This document shows positions 27,561 through 39,550 of a stretch of 64,000 nt of DNA, piece after piece. The position numbers were made by a program, and so were the translations under genes. A model generated the notes under the pieces. It saw only the letters and a program-made list of their open reading frames with translations. It was not told the origin of the DNA and did no database searches. Origin of the DNA: Squalus acanthias (taxonomy: Eukaryota); assembly GCA_030390025.1 (NCBI GenBank), contig CM059432.1:89716001-89780000 (forward strand), in the 5' to 3' direction. The stretch's first letter is position 1. Each line of letters opens with the position of its first letter.

Positions 27561-28741
27561 GGCCAGAATTTTAATTTGTAGGTGGATTGGGATCGGGGGC
27601 GTGACTGGAAAGCGGTTGGGAAAACCGGGAGAACAGGCTTCCCGCAGGCCCTACGAATTTAACAGCAGGGCCTGATTAGCTTTTCAAAGCACTGATTCCC
27701 ACCCACAGCCAGCCAGATGGAGAGTGGCTGGCTGTCGGGCGGGTAGTCCTGTGGCACCAGAGAGGAGGGAGGGATCGGGGAGATGGATCGGATGCTGGAG
27801 GGTGATTGGGGGCTGGAGGGGAGAGGTCGGAAGGAGATCGGGGACCGGAGGGCAATCGGGGGCCGGAGGGGGACAGGTCGGAAGGGGAACGGGGGCCGGA
27901 GGGGGGAGGTCGTAAGGGGATTGTGAACTGGAGGGTGATTGGGGGTCAGAGGGGGGAGGTTGGAAGGTGATCAGGGGCTGAAGGTTGATCAGGGGCCTGA
28001 GGGGATAGGTTGGAAGGGAATCGGAAGCCGGAGGCTGATCGGGGTCCGGAGGTGGGAATTTGGAAGGAGATTGGGGGCCAGAGGGGGACAGGTCAGAATG
28101 GGATCAGAGGCCGGAGGGTGTTCGGGGGCCGGAGAGGGGAGGTCGGAATGGGATCGGGAGCCGGATGGAGGAGGTCGGAAGGGGATTGGGAGCCGGAGCT
28201 TGATTGGAGGCCAGAGTGGGGAGGTCGTAAGGCCGGAGGGGGATCAAGGGCCGGAGCAGGGTTCGGAGTTCGGGGATCAGAGGCCAGAGGGGGAGATTGG
28301 AGGCCCCGTGGGTGGGGGGGGAGGTGTCGGAGACCTCAGGGTGTTTATCGGAGGCCTCGGAGGGGCAGATTGGAAGGGTCGGGCGGGTGTCTGATTGCAG
28401 GGGTTTGGCGAGGCAGCGACGCTGGATCCAGCAGGTAAGTGGAAAGGCAATTACCTCCTGGATCCAGCAGTCCTTGCCTTCCTTTAGCTGGCAGGTACCC
28501 CGAGGCCCGACCAGCCAGAATTAAATTTAATATGGTGGTTCACGTTGAGGCATAGAGCCTAATTATAATATTTGAAGTGCCAACCCGCCTTCTGGGAGTG
28601 GGTTGGCTGCCCGCCTCCATTAAAACCGGAAGTGGGTGGGTTGGAGGCGGGTTGGGGTCGGGATTCAGATTTTTAATTCTTTAACCTCCCACCTGACCAC
28701 AACCCACCAGTTTTTGGAGTTAAAATCCCCCCCCCCCCCCC
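27561..28741. mobile_element. Non-autonomous TIR element containing a G-rich minisatellite
   Basis: Termini GGCCAGAATTTTAA / TTAAAATCCCC. Interrupts L2 sequence. Confidence 0.55.
27770..28390 (+). repeat. G-rich degenerate minisatellite, unit ~15-31 bp
   Basis: Recurrent GGGGCCGGAGGGG and AGGTCGGAAGGGGATC motifs. Confidence 0.85.
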
Positions 28742-28799
28742 ATAGTCTTGGATCAGTCATAGTTTCCTTCAACTAGACTTTGTGAAGAGTAAAGATTTT

Positions 28800-29692
28800 G
28801 GGGGGAAAATTCAGTTGGTTGCGCCTCCCGTTAGCGCCTTAAGAGGGCGCTAATGGGGCGCAAAGCATCTAGCGCCCAGGCGCGGCGATGTTTGCGCCGC
28901 TCGCAAAATTAACTAGACATTTTGCGGTGGCGCTAAACACTACCGCCACGATTTCCTGCGCCGACAGATTGTGACGTCAGTCGAGTGCGCAACGCCCCAG
29001 TATCGCCCCGGAGCAGATATTGAGTGGTGCCCCCTGCCTTACCGCCTGACGCTAGCAATGACAGGTTGAGGGGAGCGAATTGCAGTCATGAAGGGACTGG
29101 GGGAGCGCTATTTAAAGGCGACCGCTTCCTGCCTTTTATTGTTGGTGCCATTTTTGAACCACGCATTCTGAGAGAGAGAGAGAGAGACTTCTGGAGAGAT
29201 TCAACGCTGTGTGAAGGAGTTTTGAGTACTGAGCAGCACTTTGCAGGTCCATTTTGATTTGCCATTCCTTGTATCGATTTAGAAGAGACTGTGGGGGCTG
29301 CACTCTAAGCTCTTTCCCTGGTACTCTCCATTGTTCTTTCCAGCACATTTGATGTGCAGGTCTCTCCAGGCAGAGATTCAAGGCTGCAATGAGCAGGATG
29401 TGGATGGAAAGCAAGATCAACCATCCCCTTTAAGAACTGGCCGGTGCCATTGTGTGTGTGTTCCATTGCTGACTGACATCACATGAGCTTCGCCAGCGCT
29501 CTGAGGTAGCGCCTCGCTCCTCGGCCTTTGCGCCTTAAGACAGGTGTAAAGCGCCTGATTTAGCGCTCCAATCACCTCCAGGGGCGATAAAAGTCAAGTT
29601 TGCAGTCGGTGGCGATAATTAGCGCCAGGCGCTAATCTTTGCGCCCGGCCGATAATTGCGCCCCAAATGGGGCGATACTGAATTTCTCCCCC
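28800..29692. mobile_element. GC-rich Harbinger-type MITE family M1, copy 1
   Basis: TIR GGGGGGAAAATTCAG / CTGAATTTCTCCCCC and TSD TTT. Left end closely matches 52259-52345. Confidence 0.85.
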
Positions 29693-30267
29693 TTTGTCTT
29701 GTTCCCCCGCCACCCCCCGCCCCCCCCCCCCCCCAAACTCTGTATCTTCATCACCAACTCCATCACCCGCCCTGGTTACTGCCTTAGGTTGAATCAGGCA
29801 GAGTTGAAAATCTCTCAGTTTTCCAGTCAGTAAATTAAACCAAAAACCTCAGTTGTGCCTAACAGGACACCCAATACCTTGCCCTCTCCTTCGTGGACCA
29901 ACTCTATACAATCATCTCTAGGATTCCCATCATGGCTCTCTCCAGGAAGATTCCCAGGATATTACTTACATTCCCAAACTATGGACAGTTTTTATTATCA
30001 CCACAAGGCTATTTAACATTAAATTTTTTGACGAGATCCAAACCACTACATTCTGTCTTTCTTCTGAAAACCTGTGCTTATCTTTAGTTCTCCAGTGTGC
30101 TGTCCTTAAGCCTATTCTGGTACTCCTGACAGCCAGGGATGCCAGAGCTTTTTGATCTACATGAGCCTCTTGTGACGGATGTGGCCCTCTACTTGAGCAG
30201 CTGAATCCAAGGAGCACTCTGCTGCATGCTGTGTTTCCACTACTTCTGCATGGTCTTGCCTCCTTCT

Positions 30268-30648
30268 AAAAGAAAGACTTGCATTTATATAGCGCCTTTC
30301 ATGACCACCGGACATCCCAAAGTGCTTTACAGCCAATGAAGTACTTTTTGAAGTTTGGTAACTGTTGTAATGTAGGAAACACGGCAGCCAATTTACGCAT
30401 AGCAAGCTCCCACAAACAGCAATGTGATAACAGGCAGATAATCTGTTTTAGATGTTGATTGAGGGATAACTGGGGATAACTCCCCTGCTCTTCTTAGAAA
30501 TAGTGCCATAGGATCTTTTACATCCACCTTAGAGAGCAGATAGGGACTCGGTTTATCGTCTCATCCGAAAAACGGCACCTCCGACAGTGCAGCACTCCCT
30601 CAGCACTGCGCTGGAGTGTCAGCCTAGGTTTTTTTGCTCAAGTTTCTA
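30268..30648 (-). mobile_element. SacSINE1-like Deu-domain SINE
   Basis: L2-like tail (TTGCATTTATATAGCGCCTTT) and Deu-like core (GTCTCATCCGAAA..GGCACCTCCGACAGTGCAGCACTCCCTCAG). Second copy at 50052. Confidence 0.8.
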
Positions 30649-31642
30649 GTTACATGAACAGTCATCTGAGGGGAGCTAACTAGAGAGGAAGAGCTCACAC
30701 GTTCTGCCATCAGAGTGAGAACAGCATCATGGTTACAGACTGCAGCTGTGCTACTTGAACTGGACCCTGGTCAGTGGGAGGGTGACAGTTTCATCCTGCA
30801 AAACTCCCAAAACTGTCAGAAGCCACTTACTATCATTCTCTTCAACTGGTCTCACAAGGTCTAAAGCCAGTAGTCAATATTGGATCCATATTGGAGGCAT
30901 TGACTGGTTTAGAGGCCTTCCTATTAGGGGAGATTGCAGTAGAGGCTTTTGGAGCATCCTCTGAAAAGCTCCTCAATCCCTGCAGATCCAGCATCCTTCT
31001 TTTCAGAGCAGGACCCTGAAATCTTCAGCCAGGGATTGACATCTGCTGAGCCTCAGCTCAGCACCATCAGATTGCACTTTCATTCCTGACCTCTCTGCCA
31101 CTGTCACCCTCTGCGTCTCGCCCACTGACAACACCGCATCAGCTATCACAGAAAGCCTCACCATTTCAATCTCTCTGGGTTGGTGACTGCAAGAAAAGGG
31201 ATGAATGACAGCATGAGTGAGGTTGTGGTGCCATGACGTGAGGCTGTGGGACTTTGCCCATTTTCTTCCCCCTGTTCAGCAGCATCTTGCTATTTTTTAT
31301 CGAGGAAAAGAAGACGAGGAAAAGTTCGAATATTTAGCATCTAAAGGAGCACCAATAGGTTCTTTACAAAGATGTCTGTGCTCCCACACAATAAGGTAAA
31401 GAAGCAACAGATGGCACAGACAATCCACCTGCTGCCACTGCCGGAAATCAAGGCGATTATCAGAAAGTAATTGGGGGCCAGACTGGAAATAAAGAAGGCT
31501 ACTATAAGGGCTATCCCTCCATTGGGGGAACTCAGGGCTGTTACCGCCACGGAGAGGGTTGATGAAGGTAGTGCGGTTGATGTTGTGTATATGGACTATC
31601 AAAAGGTGTTTACGTAAAAGGTTATTACGCAAGATAAGGGAA

Positions 31643-31730
31643 TGGTAGCATAGTGGTTATGTTACTAGACTAGTAATCCAGAGGCCTGGACTAATGATCC
31701 AGAGACTGTGAGTTCAAATCCCACCACGGC
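31643..31730 (+). promoter_or_regulatory. tRNA-derived Pol III internal promoter (A box 31646-31656, B box 31710-31721)
   Basis: TAGCATAGTGG; anticodon-like arm CTAGA-CTAGTAA-TCCAG; T-arm GTGAG-TTCAAAT-CCCAC. Confidence 0.8.
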
Positions 31731-32016
31731 AGCTGGGGAATTTAAATTCAAAAATAAAAATCTAGTAAAAACTATCAGATTGTCATAAAAACCTATCTGG
31801 TTCACTAATGTCCTTTAGGAGAAGGAAATCTGCTGTCCTTACCTTACCTGGTCTGGCATATATGTAACTCCAGACCCACAGCAATGTGGTTGACTCTTAA
31901 CTGCCCTCTGAAATGGCCCAGCAAGCCACTCAGTTGTAACAAACTGCTATGAAAAGCAATAATAAGAATAAAACCAGACGGACCACCTGGCATCGATCTA
32001 GGCACCAGCTTCGGAC

Positions 32017-34170
32017 ATGAAAACAACCCAGCCCAGTCGACCCTGCAAAGTCCTCCTCACTAGCATCTGGGGACTTGTGCCACAATTGGGAGAGCTGTCC
32101 CACAGACGAGTCAAGCAACAGCCTGACATAGTCATACTCACAGAATCATACCGTTCAGCCAATGACCCAGATTCCTCCATCACCATTCCTGGGTATGTCC
32201 TGTCCCACCGGCAGGACAAACCCACCAGGGTTGGCAGCACAGTCGTATACAGTCGGGAGGGAGTGGCCCTGGGCATCCTCAACATTGACTCCGGACCCTA
32301 TGAAGTCTCATGGCTTCAGGTCAAGCATGGGCAAGGAAACCACATGCTGATTGCCAGCTGATGAATCAGAACACCACTTGGAAGAAGCACTGAGGGTAGC
32401 AAGGGTGGGGGACTTCAATGTCCCCTTCAATCACCAAGAGTGGTTCAGTAGCACCACAGCGGGCCAAGTCCTGAAGGACATAGCTGCCAGACTGGGCCTA
32501 CGACAGGTGGTGAGAGAACCAACACGAGGGGAAAAACCTACTTGACCTCGTCCTCACCAATCTACCTGTCGAAGATGCATCTGTCTATGACAGCATTGAT
32601 AGCAGTAACCACCACACAGTCCTTGTGGAGATGAAGTCCCGTCTTAACACTGAGGAGGACACCCTCTATCGTGTTGTGTGGCACTACCACCGTGCTAAAT
32701 GGGATAGAATCAGAACAGACCTAGCAGCTCAAAATTGGGCATCTATGAGGCACTGTGGGACATCAGCAGCAGCAGAATTGTATTCCACCACAATCTGTAA
32801 CCTCATGGCCCGCCATATCCCTCACTCTACCATTACCATCAAGCCAGGGGACCAACCCTGGCTCAATGAGGAGTGCAGGAGCAGCACCAGGTACCTAAAA
32901 ATGAGGTACCAACCTGGGGAAGCTGCAGCACAGGACGACATGCAGAAGCAGCATGCTATAGACAGGGCTAAGCGATCCCACAATCAACGGATCAGATCAA
33001 AGCTCTGCAGTCCTGCCACATCCAGTCGTGAATGGTGGTGGACAATTAAACAACTAACGGGAGGAGGAGGCTCCATGAATATCCCCATCCTCAATGATGA
33101 CGGAGCCCAGCCGCGAGTGCAAAAGACAAGGCTGAAGCATTTGCAACCATCTTCAACCAGAAGTGCTGAGTGAATGGTTCATATCGGCCTCCTCCTGAAG
33201 TCCCCACCATCACAGAAGCCAGTCTTCAGCCAATTCGATTAATTCCACATGTTATCAAGAAACGGCTGAGTGCACTGAATACAGCAAAGGCTGTGGGCCC
33301 CGACAACATCCTGGCTGTCGTGCTGAAGACTTGAGCTCCAGAACTAGCCGCGCCTCTAGCCAAGCTGTTCCAGTACAGCTACAGCACTGGCATCAACCCG
33401 ACAATGTGGAAAACTGCCCAGGTATGTCCTGTCCACAAAAAGCAGGACAAATCCAATCCGGCCAATTACCGCCCCATCATTCCACTCTCAATTATCAGCA
33501 AAGTGATGGAAGATGTTGTCGACAGTGCTATCAAGCAGCACTTACTCAGCAACAACCTTCTAACCTTCTTATCGATGCTTAGTTTGGGTTCCGCCAGGAC
33601 CACTCAGCTCCAGACCTCAGTACAGCCTTGGTCCAAACATGGACAAAAGAGCTGAATTCCAGAGGTGAGGTGAGAGTGACTGCCCTTGACATCAAGGCAG
33701 CATTTGACCGAGTGTAGCATCTGCGGCGAGTGTCTCACCTCCTCACTCCCCAAAGCCTTTCCACCATCTACAAGGCACAAGTCAGGAGTGTGATGGAATA
33801 CTCTCCACTTGCCTGGATGATTGCAGCTCCAACAACACTCAAAAAGCTCGACCCCATCCAGGACAAAGCAGCCCGCTTGATTGGCACTTCATCCACCATC
33901 TTAAACATTCACTCCCTACACCACTGGTGCACCGTGGCTGCAGTGTGTACCATCTACAAGACGCACTGCAGGAACTCACCTGCAAGTTCCCATCCAAGCT
34001 ACACATCATCCTGACTTGGAAATATATCGCCGTCACTTCATCGTCGCTGGGTCAAAATCCTGGGACTCCCTCCCTAACAGCACTGTGCGAGTACCTTCAC
34101 CACACGGACTGCAGCGGTTCAAGAAGGCGGCTCACCACCACCTTCTCAAGGGCAATTAGAGATGGGCAAT
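32017..34170 (+). pseudogene. APE endonuclease-reverse transcriptase ORF of family B, disrupted
   Basis: APE motifs LTSIWGL, PDIVILTES, GDFNV, LDLVLTN and SNHHTV, then RT motifs ANYRPI and LDIKAAFD. Confidence 0.88.
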
Positions 34171-34663
34171 AATTACTGGTCTTGCCAGCAACGCCCACAT
34201 CCCATGAACAAATAAAAAAAAGAGTTCATGGGGTTGGGGGTAATATATTAGCATGGATAGAGGATTGGTTAATACACAGAAAAAAGAGAGTAGGGATAAA
34301 TGGTTCATTTTCAGGTTGGCAGGCTGTAACTAGTGGGGTGCCGCAAGGATCAGTGCTTGGGCCTCAGCTATTTACAATCTATATTAATGACTTAGATGAA
34401 GGGAACGAGCGTAATGTATCCAAATTTTCTGACGATACAAAGCTAGGTGGGAAAGTAAGCTGTGAGGAGGACACAAAGAGCCTGCAAAGAAATATAGACA
34501 GGTTAAGTGAGTGGGCAATAATGTGGCAGATGGAGTATAATGTGGAGAAATATGAGGTTATTCACTTTGGTAGGAAGAATAGGAAAACAGAATATTTTTT
34601 AAATGGTGAGAAATTATTAAGTGTTGTTCAGAGAGATTTAGGTATACTCATACAAGAAACAGA

Positions 34664-37600
34664 GGGCTAAAAATTCGGGGCCTTAACTCTACCTGTTACC
34701 GGCAAAAAGTTGCATTCAGAGAGCAACCGCTGATGTTTCACCAGCTGGTGGCGGGTCTCGCAATGTCCTCCATTTTCCCAGGCCCGACAGCGCTGCCAGG
34801 AAGATCCATCACCCTGCAAATTAAAATGAGGGAGAGATGATGTCAGTCGGCTTGCAACTCAGTTCAGCGCTGGGTCCTAAGCTCGCCATGTAAACCTAGT
34901 GTGCAGCAGACGGACAGAGGCACTGTCAGCACTTCTTAAAGAGACACACACTTATTTCAGGTAAGTTTGCATTTAAGCTTTTAGTCTGGGTTTTTTTTTA
35001 TTTTATTGAAGTAGTGGCATGCTGCAATACATGTTAAAAGTATTTTTAGTGTGTAGGGAGTGCTGCTGGATGCTTGCAAGGCCTCAGATGGGAAAGGAAA
35101 GCCTCTGAGAAGTCATAAAATGCTGCAAATACTCAGCAGGTCAGCAACATCTGTGGAGAGAGAAACAGAGTTCACATCTCAGGTCAAGATGCTGCCTGAG
35201 CTGCTGAGTATCTCCAGCATTTTATGCTGTCATTTCATATTTGCAGATTCCGCTCGCAGAGGGAAGAGGAAGAGACTGAAGAGGAAGAAACAGAAGAGGA
35301 AGAAGCCGAAGAGGAGGAAACAGAAGAGGAGGAAGCAGAAGGAAGAATGCAACCCAGACAGCCCCTTTCTGGCCGGGATATCCGGGATGGAATCATCTGC
35401 CTGCAGTACCAGTGACCAAACCCCAATTCCCCTTTCAACATTTTTCCCACACCTTACCTTCCCTCTGTTACTGACCATCACAGTGTCCTCTTGGCCACAA
35501 GGCTGAAATAAAAGACACCACAAAGCAAACTTTCCAATCCAACTTTATACATCTATCCATCCAATATGTCATCAAGAAATCAACTCATCACCCTTATGCA
35601 TTCTCTTAGTGACTGTCTTGTGTGTGCCTTTGCCTATCCTACTGAAGTCACGCAGTGCTACCGCAGTGGCTGCAGCATGGCTGGTGGAAGGCTGCTGGCT
35701 TTCAGTGGGGGACACTGCAAATGGCCTTGCTGGTTGACCTTGAGGAGCTGGTGGCTGGGAGTGTCAAATTGAGTGATGGTTCTTCTTCCTCTTCTTGACT
35801 CTCCTCTCCCTCTTCTTGGCCAACCACTGGCTGGGTAGGCTGCATTTCTTGGGTGTGTGAAATGAGGAAGGCACAAGGGTGGAGTTGTGGTGAGGGGAGG
35901 GCAGAAAAGCAAGAGGTACATGCGAGAAGGAGGATAACATATGAGGATACCAGCATCTTGTACCCTTTCTGCCTCACCGCTGGCCAAGGGCTCAGCCATG
36001 CCCCTGCCAAGAATGGCCAGCACCGTCTCCTCCAAGGGGCTGAGGTGAGGCTAGGAATGGGAGATGTGCCTCGTGATTGATACAGGTTATTGGTAGGTGA
36101 GTGATGGGGGGGAGTCAGCATTGAGCAGTGTGTGAGGCTCGTGATGCAGTTGGTAGAAGATGGATTTTGAAGATGCATTCACTGACCTAGACCAGTGGTC
36201 TGAGGTCATGAAGCTTCTTTGGGCACTGGAGCCAGATGGTGGGGGCGACACTGCTGGCAGTGACGACCTCGGTGATGTGGTCCCACATCGTTCTTTCTGG
36301 AGGGCCTCCTGGCCCCTGTGGGTAGAGGACCTCTCTTGCAGTGTTGACCCGCTGCACAAAGCTGGAGTGCTGCATGTGAGACCCTGGGTGCCCCTTCCCT
36401 GGCTTGCTGAGCCATTTGCATTAGTGTTGAAGCAGTTTTCCCATTTTTCGAGGTTCGGAAGGGAATTCACTGGAATCCACTGGAATTTTTTGAGGATGTA
36501 ACTGGTAGAATAGATAAGGGAGAACCAGTGGATGTGGTGTATTTGGACTTTCAGAAGGCTTTCGATAAGGTCCCGCATAAGCGATTAGCGTGCAAAGTTA
36601 AAGCACACGGGATTGGGGGTAAGGTACTGTCTTGGATAGAGAACTGGTTGGCAGACAGGAAGCAAAGAGTTGGAATGAACAGGTCTTTTTCCGAGTGGCA
36701 GGCAGTGACTAGTGGGGTACCACAGGGATCGGTGCTAGGACCCCAGCTATTCACAATATATATAAATGATCTACATGAGGGAACTAGATGTAATATCTCC
36801 AAGTTTGCAGATGACACAAAGCTGGGTGGGTGTGTGTGCTGTGAGGAGGATGCAGAGAAACTCCAGTATGATTTGTACAGGTTGGGCAGATGCATGGCAA
36901 ATGTCATATAATGTGGATAAATGCGAGGTTATCCACTTTGGTGGCAAAAACAGGAAGACAGATTATTATCTGAATGGCAATAGATTTGGAAAAGTGGAAG
37001 TGCAATGAGACCTGGGTGTCCTTGTGCACCAGTCGCTGAAGGTAAGCATGCAGGTGCAGCAGGCAGTTAAGAAGGCAAATGGTATGTTGGCCTTCATAGC
37101 GAGAGGATTCGAGTACAGGAGCAAGGATGTCTTGCTGCAGTTGTACAGGGCCTTGGTGAGACCACACCTTGAGTATTGTGTGCAGTTTTGGTCACCTTAT
37201 CTGAGGAAGGATGTTCTCGCCATGGAGAGAGTGCAGCGAAGATTCACCAGACTGATACCTGGGATGGCAGGAATGATGTATGAGTAGAGATTGGGTCGAT
37301 TAGGCTTATATTCGCTAGAGTTTAGAAGAATGAGAGGGGATCTCATTGAAACTTATAAAATTCTAACAGGACTAGACAGACTAGATGCAGGAAGGATGTT
37401 CCCGATGGCGGGGGAGTCCAGAACCAGGGGTCACAGTCTAAGGATAAGGGGTAAGCCATTTAGGACTGAGATGAGGAGGAATTGGTGAACCTGTGGAATT
37501 CTCTACCACAGAGGCCAATTCATTAAATATATTCAAGAAGGAGTTAGATATATTTCTTAAGGCTAAAGGGATCAAGGGATATGGGGAGAAAGCAGGGGCA

Positions 37601-38108
37601 GGGTACTGAATTTGGGTGATCAGCCATGATCCCATTAAATGGCGGAGCAGGCTCGAGGGGCCGAATGCCCTACTCCTGCTCCTATCTTCTATGTTCAGCT
37701 TTAAGAGCTGAAGACTCCCATTTGGAACTTCTTTTTAATGTTAATTTTTTTTTAAAGGCAGTAAGGGCTGAAAACTACATCTTTTCACTTCATAGTTATT
37801 TTTATTAGTTCTGAAGGCATTGCCCTTTTAATGCATTGCCCTTTTACTTTCCCACAATGCCTAGCAAACTCTTGCCTGGCTTCCAGAGGCTGTTCGAAGC
37901 TGGAACGCCACTTCTGGACGGCAATTTCGACTCCCATGCCTGCACTAACGCCACCAGGAGGGTGTTACATAGTAAGTTAGCGCTGGGTAAAAGTCTTTAG
38001 CTCCCAGAGCGAATTTTTCTCTGGCAGTACTTCGTCCATTTTCAGCAGCCGTTAACCCGAGGCCACAGTGACACCGGCAACTCTCATGGTGGCCACAAAC
38101 TTTTCCCC
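34664..38108. mobile_element. Non-autonomous Harbinger family H1, copy 2
   Basis: TIR GGGCTAAAAATTCG / CAAACTTTTCCCC and TSD AGA inside CR1-D. Collinear with 11624-16366. Confidence 0.88.
36474..37693 (+). mobile_element. CR1 family A copy inserted in H1 copy 2
   Basis: Near-identical to 485-1742 and absent at the matching site (~15945) of H1 copy 1. Confidence 0.95.
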
Positions 38109-39339
38109 AGAGAGTTAGCTTGCAGGTACAACAAGCAATTAGGAAGGCAAATGCATGTTGGCCTTTATTGCAAGGGGGTTGGAGTACAAGAGTAAGGAAG
38201 TCTTGCTACAATTGTACAGGGCTTTGGTGAGACCACACCTGGAGTACTGTGCAAAGTTTTGGTCCCCTTATAGGATATACTTGCGTTAGAGGTGGTGCAA
38301 CGAAGATTCACTAGATTGATTCCTGGGTTGAGAGGGTTGTCCTATGAGGAGAGATTGAGTAGATTGGGCTATATTCTCTGGAGTTTAGGAGAATCAGAGG
38401 TGATCTCATTCAAACATGCAAGATTCTGAGGGCGATTGCCAGGATAGATGCTGAGAGATTGTTTCCCCTGGCTGGAGAGTCTAGAACTAGGGGGCATAGT
38501 CTCAGGATAAGGGGTCGGCCTTTTAAGACTGAGGTGAGGAGGAATTTCTTTACTCAGAGGGTTGTGAATCTTTGGAATTCTCTGCCCCAGAGGGCTGTGG
38601 ATGCTGAGTCGTTGAGTATATTCAAGGTTGAGATAGATAGGTTTTTGGACTCTAGGGGAATCAAGGGATATGGAGATCGGGTGGGAAAGTGGAGTTGAGG
38701 TCGAAGATCAGCCATGATCTTATTGAATCATGGAGCAGGCTCGAGGGGCCATATGGCCTACTTCTGCTCCAAATTCTTATGTTCTTATATGTTCTTATGT
38801 TTGATAAAATGCCACATAAACGAATTGTTAGCAAAATTAAAGCCCATGGGATTACAGCAGCCTGGATACAATATTGGCTGAGAGACAGAAAGCAGAGACT
38901 AGTGGTGAAAGGTTGTTTATCAGACTAGAGGGGAGTGTACAGTAGTGTCCCCCAGGAGTTGATATTAGGACTCCTGCTCTTTTTGATATATATTAATGAC
39001 CTGGACTTGGGTATAGGTGGCATAATTTCAAAGTTTGCAGAAGACACAAAACTTGTAAATGTAGTAAACCATGAGGAGATAGTAGCAGACTTCAGGAGGA
39101 CATGGACAGACTGGTGAAATGGGCAGACACATGGTAGATGAAATTTAATGCAGAGAAGTGTGAAGTGATGCATTTTGAAGGAAGAACGAGGAGAGGCAAT
39201 ATAAACTATATGGTAACATTTTAAAGGGATTGCAGGAACCGAGATATTTGGGTTCATTTACACAAATCTTTGAGGTTGGCAGGACAAGTGGCAAAGGCTG
39301 TTAAAAAGCATACGGAATCATGGGCTTCATAAATAAAGG

Positions 39340-39550
39340 TCATGATGCGGAGATGCCGGTGTTGGACTGGGGTGGACAAAATTGAGAGGTCGCACAACAC
39401 CAGGTTATAGTCCAACAGTTTTATTTGAAATCACAAGCTTTCGGAGCTATCGATTTGCTCCTTCCTCAGGTGAAGTGTCGATAGCTCCGAAAGCTTGTGA
39501 TTTCAAATAAAACTGTTGGACTATAACCTGGTGTTGTGCGACCTCTCAAT
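39340..39550. mobile_element. Short Penelope-like pLTR insertion (family P2) forming a perfect hairpin
   Basis: Identical 75-bp inverted arms 39379-39453 / 39478-39552. 14-bp TSD TTCATAAATAAAGG (39326-39339, 39551-39564). Confidence 0.8.
39431..39473 (-). ncRNA. Minimal type I hammerhead ribozyme motif
   Basis: TCAC-CTGAGGA-A-GGAGC-aaatcgata-GCTCC-GAAA-G-CTT-GTGA: intact core, stems I and II, palindromic stem III AAGCTT. Confidence 0.8.

Larger units (their letters stand above)
25300..29805 (+). mobile_element. Old L2 LINE split into four pieces (25300-26074, 27450-27560, 28742-28799, 29693-29805)
   Basis: The last pieces resume collinearly with the L2 at 5218-5400 across the insertions. 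Degraded ADD motif at ~27487. Confidence 0.65.
31639..34220 (+). mobile_element. LINE family B, 5'-complete copy with tRNA-derived head and internal deletions
   Basis: Both ends are defined by the interrupted CR1-D host. Order is head, ~300-nt leader, APE, RT, tail and A-run. Large RT deletion at ~33720. Confidence 0.9.
31550..38800 (+). mobile_element. CR1 subfamily D split into 31550-31638, 34221-34663 and 38109-38800
   Basis: RT reading resumes across both inserts: VYMDYQK..LLRKI | RVHGVGGNILAWIEDWL..ILIQET | VSLQVQQAIRKA. CR1 tail at ~38700-38800. Confidence 0.85.

Noticed and set aside
27724..28524. Gly/Arg-rich ORFs
   Set aside because: Products of the G-rich minisatellite.
31281..31396. 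Exon-like segment (AG...GT, open frame QHLAIFYRGKEDEEKFEY)
   Set aside because: No recognisable protein similarity or supporting neighbouring exons.
31643..31730. Functional tRNA-Thr gene
   Set aside because: Acceptor stem is incomplete, arms are mismatched, no T-run terminator follows, and it is contiguous with a retroelement.
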